From Candidatus Saccharimonadota bacterium (GTDB taxonomy: Bacteria > Patescibacteriota > Microgenomatia > UBA1406 > GWC2-37-13), in assembly GCA_016432445.1 (NCBI GenBank), contig CP066689.1, positions 150,001 to 182,000 of the forward strand: a stretch of 32,000 nucleotides of DNA, given 5' to 3'. Below, piece by piece: positions 14,892 through 23,024 of this stretch. The position numbers and the translations under genes were made by a program. Numbering within the stretch: the stretch's first letter is position 1; each line of letters starts with the position of its first letter. The notes under the pieces are model-generated. The model saw only the letters and a program-made list of their open reading frames with translations, was not told the DNA's origin and searched no databases.

Positions 14892-15689
14892 ATGGATCTT
14901 TCACAATTTACTTCGGATGGGAAATTCCTCATGTTGGCGTTGGATCATCGGGATAGTTTAAAGAAACTGATTAATCCTCAAAATCCTGGGAGTGTAACTT
15001 TACAAGAAATTATTGATTTAAAATCGCAGATTATGGATACTCTTTCGGATCAGTTTAGCGGAGTTTTAATTGATGCTGAGTATGGTCTGAAAGCATATAA
15101 AGAAAAAACAAAACCTTATCTTCTGCCGGCTGAAAAATCAGGGTATGTTGAGAAAGAAGGAGATCGGGTTACGGAGATTGAGTATTTGGCAAGTGAACTT
15201 AAAAGTATGGGGGCATCAGGTGTAAAACTTCTTATTTATTTTAATGAAGATTCTCCAACGGCAGGTGTTCAACTTGAGACAGCAAAAAAAGTTTTGAAGG
15301 ATTGTCACGATAATGATATGCCTTTATTTTTAGAGATAGTAACTTATGGAGATAAAGGCCCAAAATCAGAACAAGTTTTGGGCGCGGTTAATACTTTTAT
15401 AGATCAGGAAATAAGAGCCGATGTGTTTAAGCTGGAGTTTTCAGGAGATACGGTTTCTTGCCGAAAAGTAACTGAATGTTTAGGGAATACTCCTTGGATT
15501 TTGCTTAGCAAAGGAGCAGATTTTAATTTGTTTAAAGAACAAGTTAAAACAGCAGTTTCAGGGGGAGCCAAAGGGTTTTTGGCGGGAAGATCAATCTGGC
15601 AGGAGGCAGGACAGATGAAAGGGGAGGAAAGAACAAACTTTTTGCAGACTGTTGTAAGAGAAAGATTTAAAGAAATCTGCGCGATATGA
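14892..15689 (+). CDS. Class I aldolase of the LacD/tagatose- or fructose-bisphosphate aldolase family
   Basis: FLMLALDHRDSL N-terminal motif, candidate Schiff-base Lys in DVFKLEF, C-terminal GFLAGRSIW. Start set to ATG 14892 (TATAAT 14879-14884 plus 7 nt). Confidence 0.7.
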   Translation: MDLSQFTSDGKFLMLALDHRDSLKKLINPQNPGSVTLQEIIDLKSQIMDTLSDQFSGVLIDAEYGLKAYKEKTKPYLLPAEKSGYVEKEGDRVTEIEYLASELKSMGASGVKLLIYFNEDSPTAGVQLETAKKVLKDCHDNDMPLFLEIVTYGDKGPKSEQVLGAVNTFIDQEIRADVFKLEFSGDTVSCRKVTECLGNTPWILLSKGADFNLFKEQVKTAVSGGAKGFLAGRSIWQEAGQMKGEERTNFLQTVVRERFKEICAI

Positions 15690-16099
15690 AAAAAATAGCG
15701 ACAATAATTTTAATAATTGCAATACCTTTGGCCGTTGGAAGCTGGTACAGTGTCGCAAGAAAAAAATCTGTAAAAACAGAGACGATAAAATATACTTTAG
15801 AAAATAAAACTTATAATCTTCTTACTGCTAAAACTCAGGAAGAGTGGGAAAAGGGGCTAATGTTTCTTGATCCCACTTCGTCAAGGCTACGTGGGGTAAA
15901 CGGAATGATTTTTATATTTCCCGATAAACAAGTACGTACTTTCTGGAATAAAAATACTTATGTTGATCTAGATTTATATTGGCTTAATGATGAAAAAATT
16001 ACAGGGAAAAGCGAACTTCCATCAATTGAAAAAAGTAAAAAGATAGTAACAGTTAATTCTTCTTCTCCTGTAAATAAAGTAATTGAGATAATTAAATAG
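15686..16099 (+). CDS. DUF192-family protein with N-terminal membrane anchor/signal
   Basis: 137 aa. GLM...GMIFIF...FWNKNTYVDLDLYW matches the DUF192 pattern. Its ATG overlaps the aldolase stop (ATGA). Confidence 0.65.
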   Translation: MKKIATIILIIAIPLAVGSWYSVARKKSVKTETIKYTLENKTYNLLTAKTQEEWEKGLMFLDPTSSRLRGVNGMIFIFPDKQVRTFWNKNTYVDLDLYWLNDEKITGKSELPSIEKSKKIVTVNSSSPVNKVIEIIK

Positions 16100-17270
16100 A
16101 GGAGTTTTTTAGAGCTTCAATACCAGGTAGTGTTCCTTTTTCAATAAATGAAAGCATGGCTCCGCCTCCGGTTGAGATATAACCAATTTGGCTAAGTTTT
16201 TCCTGTCTGGAGATAGCGACTGTGGTATCTCCTCCTCCTATAATTGATGTGGTTTCTTTATTTTCTGTTATAGCTTGAAAAACAGAGTCAGTGCCTTTCT
16301 TAAAAAGGGGGTTTTCAAAAAATCCCATTGGCCCATTCCAGATAATAGTTTTGGCTTGAACAATGATATCTTTAAATTGTTCCTGAGTATCCGGTCCGAT
16401 ATCCATGATTTTATCTTCGCTTAAAACCTCGTAAATTTTTTTTATTTGGTTGTTTTTCTCAACGACTACATCAATAGGAAGTAATAATTTAGTATTTTTT
16501 TGAGAGGCTAACTCAATTAAATTTTTGCTATCTTCTTTTTTACTTTCTTCAGTAATGCTAGTACCAATATCATAACCTTGTGCTGACAAAAAAGTATTGG
16601 CAATTCCTCCACCAATAAGAACATAATCGGCCAGACCAATTAATTTATACAAAAGAGGAATTTTGGTGGAAATTTTAGCTCCGCCGATTATGGCTACAAA
16701 CGGTTTTTTAGGATTTTTAATTATTTTGGAAATTTCTTTGATTTCTTTTTTTAAAAGAAGACCACCGTAAGAGGGAAGCAATTTGGGGAGGGTTATGATT
16801 GAGGCGTCAGTTCGATGACAAACTGAGAAAGCGTCATTGATGAAAATTTCCCCTAGTAAGGCAAGTTTTTTTGCAAACTCTAAATCATTATTTTTTTCTT
16901 CAGGGTAAAAACGAATATTTTCTAAAATAAATATTTGATTTTCTTGTTGATTTTGAATAATGTTTTTACTTTCTTCTGACAGATCATTGATGAGTTTTAT
17001 TTCATAATTCGGTAAAAATGTTTGTAGTCGATTGGCGACAGGTTGCAAAGAATATTGAGAATCACGGTTTTTAGGATTTCCTAAATGAGATATAAGAATT
17101 AGTTTATATTGATGATTCAAAAGATAATTAATGGTGGGTAATGCTTGTCTAATTCTTAGATCGTCAGCTATTGTATGATCCGGATTAAAAGAGACATTAA
17201 AATCAACCCGCAGTAAAATTTTTCTATTAATAATTTCTGCCTCGTCAATGAATTTAATTAATGGAGACAT
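16092..17270 (-). CDS. pgk: Phosphoglycerate kinase
   Basis: LLRVDFNV near the N-terminus, IIGGAKISTKI, C-terminal STGGGA. Start set to ATG 17270 (MSPLIKF...), 2 nt after the gap stop. The longer track ORF overlaps gap by 58 nt. Confidence 0.9.
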   Translation of the reverse strand: MSPLIKFIDEAEIINRKILLRVDFNVSFNPDHTIADDLRIRQALPTINYLLNHQYKLILISHLGNPKNRDSQYSLQPVANRLQTFLPNYEIKLINDLSEESKNIIQNQQENQIFILENIRFYPEEKNNDLEFAKKLALLGEIFINDAFSVCHRTDASIITLPKLLPSYGGLLLKKEIKEISKIIKNPKKPFVAIIGGAKISTKIPLLYKLIGLADYVLIGGGIANTFLSAQGYDIGTSITEESKKEDSKNLIELASQKNTKLLLPIDVVVEKNNQIKKIYEVLSEDKIMDIGPDTQEQFKDIIVQAKTIIWNGPMGFFENPLFKKGTDSVFQAITENKETTSIIGGGDTTVAISRQEKLSQIGYISTGGGAMLSFIEKGTLPGIEALKNSSI

Positions 17271-17272
17271 TG

Positions 17273-18286
17273 TTAAATAAATTGGGCAATTTTTTCCACC
17301 ATATCCGCAAGTCGTGATGAGTATCCCCACTCATTATCGTACCAGCCAAACGCTTTTATCAGATGTTCATTTACAACTTTTGTGTAATTGGCATCAAAAA
17401 TGCAGGAATAAGGAGAGCCGATATAATCTGAGGAAACTAAAACTTCAGTCTCATAATGCAAAATATTTTTTAAAGCAGCTTCTGAGGCTTCTTTAAATTT
17501 TTGATTAACCTCTTCAACTGTAGTTTTCTTTTCTACCAAAACGGTAATATCTGAAAAAGAGCCGGTGGCGACAGGTACTCTTATGGCCATACCGTCGATT
17601 TTTCCTTTAAGCTCAGGGATAGTTTTTACCACAGCGCGAGCGGCGCCGGTAGTTGAGGGAATAATATTTAATGGAGCGGCTCGTGAGCGGTCAAAATTTT
17701 TGTTAGGATCATCAGTTAAAGATTGTGATTGAGTGTAAGCATGAACTGTTGTCAAATAACCTACCAGGACATTAAAGTTTTCATGAAGGATTTTAAACAT
17801 TGGAGCTGTACAGTTGGTGGTGCAGGAAGCATTTGATATCACTTGCTCTTTAGCCCAATCGATTTTATCATCATTAACGCCCAAGACTACTTGAGGCGTT
17901 TCGTCGTCTTTTGCTGGTGCAGTTAAAAGAACTTTTTTAACAGTTCCTTTGACATGTTTTAGCAAATCTTCTTTTTTGGTGAAGGCGCCTGTAGCATCAA
18001 TCACCACATCAACCTCGTATTTTTCCCACATGATCTCTTCAGGTTTTTCAATTTGAGTGCAGACTATTTTTTTTCCATCAACTGAAATTTCATTCTCTCC
18101 TGGCATCACTTTTTTTTCATATTTCCGGTAAACTGAGTCATGTTGCAGAAGATAAGCAAGCATATCAGGGGCGGTTTTGCGAGTGTTAACAGCGACAATG
18201 TCAAAGCTGTCCCGGCTAAAAGCAATACGGGCAAATGCTCTACCGATTCTTCCAAAACCATTTAACCCCACCTTTAATCTTTTCAT
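17273..18286 (-). CDS. gap: Glyceraldehyde-3-phosphate dehydrogenase
   Basis: 337 aa. NGFGRIGR NAD-binding motif, catalytic SNASCTTNC, WYDNEWGYS near the C-terminus. Confidence 0.95.
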   Translation of the reverse strand: MKRLKVGLNGFGRIGRAFARIAFSRDSFDIVAVNTRKTAPDMLAYLLQHDSVYRKYEKKVMPGENEISVDGKKIVCTQIEKPEEIMWEKYEVDVVIDATGAFTKKEDLLKHVKGTVKKVLLTAPAKDDETPQVVLGVNDDKIDWAKEQVISNASCTTNCTAPMFKILHENFNVLVGYLTTVHAYTQSQSLTDDPNKNFDRSRAAPLNIIPSTTGAARAVVKTIPELKGKIDGMAIRVPVATGSFSDITVLVEKKTTVEEVNQKFKEASEAALKNILHYETEVLVSSDYIGSPYSCIFDANYTKVVNEHLIKAFGWYDNEWGYSSRLADMVEKIAQFI

Positions 18287-18353
18287 GATTAACTCTAACT
18301 TTAGAGGAATTTGAGTATTTTTTCAATAGCTCCTCGGGGTGTATAATAATTAT

Positions 18354-18740
18354 ATGGAAGATTGTATTTTTGACAAAATTGTTAGGGGAGAGTTGCCTTC
18401 TTATAAAATTTATGAGGATGATAAATTTATGTCATTTTTAGATATCCATCCGCGAACCCGCGGCCATGCTTTAGTTATTCCTAAAAAACATTATCAATGG
18501 GTTTATGATGTTCCTGAATTTGGAGAATATTGGGAAGTGGCGCTTAAAGTAACTAAAGCGCAGCTTAAAGCTTTGAATGCAGAATTTATTAGTTATGTTA
18601 CTTATGGACTTGATGTGCCTCATGCCCATATTCATGTTATTCCCCGTTATAAAGAAAAAGAACTTGTGCCGGGAATAATTAAGGTACCTCCTGATGAGAT
18701 GAAAGTTATTACTGAGAAATTAAAAAAAGAATTGATTTAA
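18354..18740 (+). CDS. HIT-family (histidine triad) nucleotide hydrolase/transferase
   Basis: Histidine triad HAHIHVIP and HALVIPKKH. Start set to ATG 18354 (TATAAT 18342-18347 plus 6 nt). Confidence 0.85.
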   Translation: MEDCIFDKIVRGELPSYKIYEDDKFMSFLDIHPRTRGHALVIPKKHYQWVYDVPEFGEYWEVALKVTKAQLKALNAEFISYVTYGLDVPHAHIHVIPRYKEKELVPGIIKVPPDEMKVITEKLKKELI

Positions 18741-20452
18741 AAACAATACCAATATTTGTTTTTGAGTTCTTGACTTTGGTAAAGATATAGAGGATTTTGG
18801 TACGTTTTAACTAATATCTTTTTAACAGAGCAGGATGCAGGATTTATTCTGGCAATTTTATCAAATGTTTCTTGAGATAAATCAAACTTCTCAAAAAGAT
18901 TATAAAGTTTTATTAAACTAAACAGTTTTATATAGTTATTTTCTCCTCCTATTACTTTTCTAAAGTATTGATTACTGTTTCTTATATCAGGTAACTGAGT
19001 TTTTCTTGAAAGAATAATAATTGAGGAATCCGCATAAATCAATTTCCAATTTAGGTCTTTATAGATTTCAGCAATAAATGATTCTGCCCAACCGGTTTGA
19101 TCACTATGAGCAAAAAAGATTGTTTTTATATTATATTTCTCAAACATTTTATCTCTTAAATTTTTATCAGTATGGATATTCATATAAGTATTTTTTAAAA
19201 AATCTGCCGGATAAGCTTCAGGCCGGTTATCAACAAAGAATTTATATTGAGGATAAAGCGAATAGATAAGATAACCACCGATATCAAAGTTGTTAAAGAT
19301 ATTTTTTTCAAGTTTATTTTTATTTAAAAACTCAACTCCTTTTTTAGCATCCTCAGTCATTACTGAACCGAAATTTCTATTTATGTCAAAAGTCTTAGGA
19401 AACCATCCTGAAACAAAAAATAATGTATAAAAGATAAAAATACCCGAAAGCGATAAATATAAAATACTTTTATTATCTTTCGATAGTTTTTTTAATATTT
19501 CTTCAAATATATATTTTAATGACAAAGCGAATACTGGTATTACTGCTAGCACAAAAAATGGCATATGCCTGATCTGTATAAAGGTTGTAAGATAAAAAAC
19601 AATCAAAATGATAAGTTCGATAATTTTTGTTCGGGAAAGAAGAATTATTGATGATATGAAAACTAACGGCGAAAGAATGAAAAAATACTTAATCCATAAA
19701 TTTGAGGTCATTCCATTAAGATAAAGCAAATTCTGATTTTCGGCGATAGTATAGCCATAATTACTAAATATGGTAAAAGGGTATAAGGCTCCACTTATTC
19801 CATTAGGATTAAGAAAAACAGAAAAAATTGATAAGGCGACAATTAATAAAAAATATTTTTCTTTTAAAAAGTTCTTTTTATAAAGGATTAAAGATTTTAA
19901 AATTAAAAGGCCGATGATAAATAATCCAAAAACAAAACTAATGTGGATGTTTACCCACAAAATCATAATAAGAGGAATTGGAAACAGATATTTTTTATTT
20001 TTAGGGTAAGTTAGTAATAAAAATAAAAGAAAAGAAAAAAATAAATAGCCAAAAATTTCTGGCCTTATCTGCGACCGGTCAAGAAAAAAAGGAGAGAAAA
20101 GCAAGATACTTATTATAGTTGGAAAAATCCCTGAGCGATTAACGGAATGTTTTATGAGAATGAAAAAAGCGGATAAAACTAAAATAACTTTAAGATACAA
20201 AAGTGAATTTAAATTTATTTGAGATAAAAGATAGAAAATAACTTCAGAAAGCCAGTGGTGATTGATAAATGGAAAATCAGGATTAGTGTAAGAGAATAGA
20301 TTAGTTTGAGGAATCTGAAAAGTTTTAACGATAATTTCCCCAATTTTAATATGTCTCCCTAAATCCTGATTCATATCAGAACTGTTTATTAAAGTGATTG
20401 AAAAAAGAAATATAAAACAGGAAATAAATAATATTTTTTGAAGAAGTTTCAT
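18737..20452 (-). CDS. Large polytopic membrane protein, possibly a GT-C-type glycosyltransferase (hypothetical)
   Basis: 571 aa. About 10 or more N-terminal TM helices followed by a ~200-aa soluble C-terminal domain. The architecture resembles ArnT/PMT/YfhO-like enzymes; I recognised no catalytic motif. Confidence 0.5.
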   Translation of the reverse strand: MKLLQKILFISCFIFLFSITLINSSDMNQDLGRHIKIGEIIVKTFQIPQTNLFSYTNPDFPFINHHWLSEVIFYLLSQINLNSLLYLKVILVLSAFFILIKHSVNRSGIFPTIISILLFSPFFLDRSQIRPEIFGYLFFSFLLFLLLTYPKNKKYLFPIPLIMILWVNIHISFVFGLFIIGLLILKSLILYKKNFLKEKYFLLIVALSIFSVFLNPNGISGALYPFTIFSNYGYTIAENQNLLYLNGMTSNLWIKYFFILSPLVFISSIILLSRTKIIELIILIVFYLTTFIQIRHMPFFVLAVIPVFALSLKYIFEEILKKLSKDNKSILYLSLSGIFIFYTLFFVSGWFPKTFDINRNFGSVMTEDAKKGVEFLNKNKLEKNIFNNFDIGGYLIYSLYPQYKFFVDNRPEAYPADFLKNTYMNIHTDKNLRDKMFEKYNIKTIFFAHSDQTGWAESFIAEIYKDLNWKLIYADSSIIILSRKTQLPDIRNSNQYFRKVIGGENNYIKLFSLIKLYNLFEKFDLSQETFDKIARINPASCSVKKILVKTYQNPLYLYQSQELKNKYWYCF

Positions 20453-20460
20453 TTAAAAGA

Positions 20461-20506
20461 GTATATACCACTTCGCCCTGACGTGTCGAGGGCTTCGTTG
20501 GGTACT
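20461..20506 (-). repeat. GC-rich intergenic element (CGAAG-box family, copy E2) ending in an extended -10 box
   Basis: Minus strand reads AGTACCCAACGAAGC CCTCGACACGTCAGGG CGAAG TGGTATATAC, then 8 nt, then ATG 20452. It shares ACCYAACGAAGC and CGAAG..GTGGTATA with 4191-4282. Confidence 0.55.
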
Positions 20507-20514
20507 ATAGTCAG

Positions 20515-20760
20515 TTAGTTAGATTTCTTTACAGGGTCATGGCCGCCTTTGGAGAAAGGGTGACAGCGGATGATTCGTTTTAAGCCTAAGAATAAACCTT
20601 TTATAACTCCATATTTATCAACAGCTTGGTAAGTATATTGGGAACATGTGGGAGTAAAGCGGCAGCAACTATCGCTTAAAAAGAACATTCTAAAAAATTG
20701 ATTGCGGAAAAAACCGGAGTTTTGGTAGAGCCTAATAAGCTTTAAAATGAGTTTCTTCAT
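20515..20760 (-). CDS. yidD: Membrane protein insertion efficiency factor YidD
   Basis: 81 aa. [10 protein letters not shown]...[15 protein letters not shown] is the YidD signature. Confidence 0.85.
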   Translation of the reverse strand: MKKLILKLIRLYQNSGFFRNQFFRMFFLSDSCCRFTPTCSQYTYQAVDKYGVIKGLFLGLKRIIRCHPFSKGGHDPVKKSN

Positions 20761-20774
20761 AGTACAATATTAAC

Positions 20775-21530
20775 ATGAAGATATCGATTATCACACTTTT
20801 TCCCAAGATGGTTTCTTGTTTTTTTGATGAGAGTATTATGAGGCGGGCTCAGGAGAAAAACTTAGTGGAGATTGAAATAATAAATTTGCGTGATTTTGCG
20901 ACAGATTCTTATGGAACAGTAGATGAAAAACCTTATGGAGGGGGAGCAGGGATGGTTATGAAAGTTGAACCAATCTACGATGCAATACAAAGATCTAAGA
21001 TCTTAGATCTAAGATCTAAGATTATCTACACTTCTCCAAAGGGGAAAGTTTTTGACCAAAAAAAAGCTCAAGAATATTCAAAACTTGATCACCTTATTAT
21101 TCTTGCTGGTCATTATGAAGGAGTTGATGAAAGAGTAATGGATATGATTGATGAGGAAGTTTCACTGGGTGATTTTGTGATGACTGGAGGAGAGATAACC
21201 TCGGCTGCAATTGTTGATTCTATTGTTAGGCTTATCCCTGGCGTTTTGAAAAAAGAAGAAGCAATCCAAATAGAAAGCTTTTTTGAGGTTTCGATTGATC
21301 GATTAATCGAAGTTATTGGAGAGAATGAGATCTTAATGAAATTAAAAGAAAAAAATATTAAAATAGTCAAGCTTTTGGAATATCCGCAATATACTAGGCC
21401 AGAGGAGTTTAAGGGAAAAAAAGTGCCCGTGGAATTATTATCTGGGAATCACCAAGAAATAGAAAAGTGGAGAATAAAAAAAGCTTATGAGGAAACTTTA
21501 AAAAAAAGACCGGATTTATTTAATTATTAA
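20775..21530 (+). CDS. trmD: tRNA (guanine37-N1)-methyltransferase
   Basis: 251 aa. GGGAGMVMK, AGHYEGVDERV, YPQYTRP. Carries a ~28-aa insertion before the YTRP motif relative to my recollection of E. coli TrmD. Confidence 0.9.
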   Translation: MKISIITLFPKMVSCFFDESIMRRAQEKNLVEIEIINLRDFATDSYGTVDEKPYGGGAGMVMKVEPIYDAIQRSKILDLRSKIIYTSPKGKVFDQKKAQEYSKLDHLIILAGHYEGVDERVMDMIDEEVSLGDFVMTGGEITSAAIVDSIVRLIPGVLKKEEAIQIESFFEVSIDRLIEVIGENEILMKLKEKNIKIVKLLEYPQYTRPEEFKGKKVPVELLSGNHQEIEKWRIKKAYEETLKKRPDLFNY

Positions 21531-21544
21531 TTAATAATTTTATT

Positions 21545-21694
21545 ATGACAAATAATACTGATCAAAATGCAGCTAATGCTGATGATGTTTTGGTGGAAGA
21601 GTATTTAAAAGATGAGGAGTGTTGTGGCAGTTGTAAGGATGATAAAAAAGTTGAGGGAGAATGTTGCGGAAACTGTGATCATGATTCAGAATAA
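21545..21694 (+). CDS. 49-aa acidic Cys-rich peptide (unannotated small ORF, hypothetical metal-binding)
   Basis: MTNNTDQNAANADDVLVEEYLKDEECCGSCKDDKKVEGECCGNCDHDSE. Two ECCGxC motifs. Starts 14 nt after the trmD stop and stops 2 nt before the purA ATG. Confidence 0.4.
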   Translation: MTNNTDQNAANADDVLVEEYLKDEECCGSCKDDKKVEGECCGNCDHDSE

Positions 21695-21696
21695 AT

Positions 21697-23001
21697 ATGA
21701 AGAATTATTGGCAGGGAATAAATGTTATAACTGACAATGGTTGGGGTGATGCCGGTAAAGGAAAGCTTGTTGATATGGCATCTCAGCATGTTGATATGGT
21801 TATTCGCTACAACGGCGGTGGCAATGCCGGACATACAGTCATTAACAAACATGGTGAATTCAAAAACCATCTCATGCCTTCAGGCATTTATAATCCTAAA
21901 GCGGTTTGTATCTTAACAGGTGGAGTAGTGATTGATCCTTTCATGTTGGCTAAAGAAATTGAAGATCATCAGGCAAAAAGTATTAAAATTTCTCCTAAAA
22001 ATCTTCTTATCTCTCAAGATGCCCATATGGTTATGCCTTGGCACAAAAAACGTGATGGTTTGAAAGAAAAAGCTCGAGGCGGAGATAAAATCGGAACAAC
22101 TGGACAAGGGATTGGCCCCACCTATAGCGATAGAAGCAATCGCGAGGGTTTAAGGATGAGAGATCTTATTAACCCTAAATTTAAAGAAATGTTTTTAAAA
22201 GAACTTAACTATCAGGAAAGATTAACAAAGTTTATGGAAGGTGAGGAAAATAATCAATATTATAATGCTGAAGAATTATTAAAAGAATTAAACAAGGTAA
22301 AAAAAATTATTTGTTCAATGATTACCAATGTTTTACCTGTGATTTGGGAATATCAAAAAAAAGGAAAAGCTATTTTAGCTGAAGGGGCTCAAGGAGCATT
22401 ACTTGACTTGGAACTTGGAGGTTATCCTTATGTCACTTCAAGTCACCCTGGGGTAACAGGCTTTGCTTTAACTTCAGGTATACATCACAAGCAAGTAAAC
22501 AAAGTAATAGGGACAACTAAAGCTTATACTACAAGAGTCGGTGGTGGGCCAATGCCTACAGAGTTAACAGATAAAACTGGCCAGTATATTCAGAAAAAAG
22601 GTGGAGAGTTTGGTGCAACAACCGGCCGCGCCAGAAGATGCGGTTGGCTTGATATTCCGGCTATGAAGTATGGAGCCAAAATTGCCGGAGTGGATACAAT
22701 AGGTTTAACTAAATTGGATATCCTTGACGGTTTACCAGAAGTCAAACTGTGCATTGCGTATGAGTTTAGAGGTAAAAAATACTTTGATCTTCCAACCGCC
22801 GATCCTGATTTTATGGAAAATTCAAAACCGGTTTATCTTATCTTAAAAGGCTGGCAAAAAGATATTTCCAAAGTAAGGTATTTCAATGACCTTCCGGCAA
22901 ATGCAAAAAAATATATTTTAACTGCCCAAAAGTGGTTGAAAATTCCTATTGAAATTGTTTCAGTTGGAGCAGAAAGAGAAGCCACTATTTATCTACATTA
23001 A
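21697..23001 (+). CDS. purA: Adenylosuccinate synthetase
   Basis: 434 aa. GWGDAGKGK P-loop, GGNAGHT, TTGRARRCGWLD. Confidence 0.95.
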   Translation: MKNYWQGINVITDNGWGDAGKGKLVDMASQHVDMVIRYNGGGNAGHTVINKHGEFKNHLMPSGIYNPKAVCILTGGVVIDPFMLAKEIEDHQAKSIKISPKNLLISQDAHMVMPWHKKRDGLKEKARGGDKIGTTGQGIGPTYSDRSNREGLRMRDLINPKFKEMFLKELNYQERLTKFMEGEENNQYYNAEELLKELNKVKKIICSMITNVLPVIWEYQKKGKAILAEGAQGALLDLELGGYPYVTSSHPGVTGFALTSGIHHKQVNKVIGTTKAYTTRVGGGPMPTELTDKTGQYIQKKGGEFGATTGRARRCGWLDIPAMKYGAKIAGVDTIGLTKLDILDGLPEVKLCIAYEFRGKKYFDLPTADPDFMENSKPVYLILKGWQKDISKVRYFNDLPANAKKYILTAQKWLKIPIEIVSVGAEREATIYLH

Positions 23002-23024
23002 TTTAAATAGGTTATAATTATCCC

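Noticed and set aside
15872-15895. CCCACTTCGTCAAGGCTACGTGGG in the DUF192 gene as another in-frame CGAAG-box insertion
   Set aside because: It has only a 5-bp stem and a single CTTCG. The GLM...GM spacing is perhaps 4-5 residues longer than typical, which is too weak to call without an alignment.
17271-17330. Longer pgk ORF overlapping gap by 58 nt
   Set aside because: The conserved PGK N-terminus begins at MSPLIKF (ATG 17270), 2 nt after the gap stop. The extension (MGILITTCGYGGKNCPIYLT) is gap's C-terminal coding DNA in another frame.
20991-21020. AGATCTAAGATCTTAGATCTAAGATCTAAG in trmD: a 20-bp perfect palindrome with four AGATCT (BglII-type) sites
   Set aside because: The protein length here matches other TrmD proteins as I recall them (..AIQRSKILDLRSKIIYTSPKG..), so it is not an insertion. 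It is AT-rich native sequence, most simply a local 9-bp slippage repeat. It is worth a glance only if the organism has an AGATCT-specific R-M system.
21545-21694. The small six-Cys ORF as a RiPP (SCIFF/ranthipeptide-like) precursor
   Set aside because: There is no radical-SAM maturase, protease or exporter nearby. The neighbours are trmD and purA. The Cys spacing (CCGxC) does not match the SCIFF motif as I remember it. It is kept only as a hypothetical small protein.
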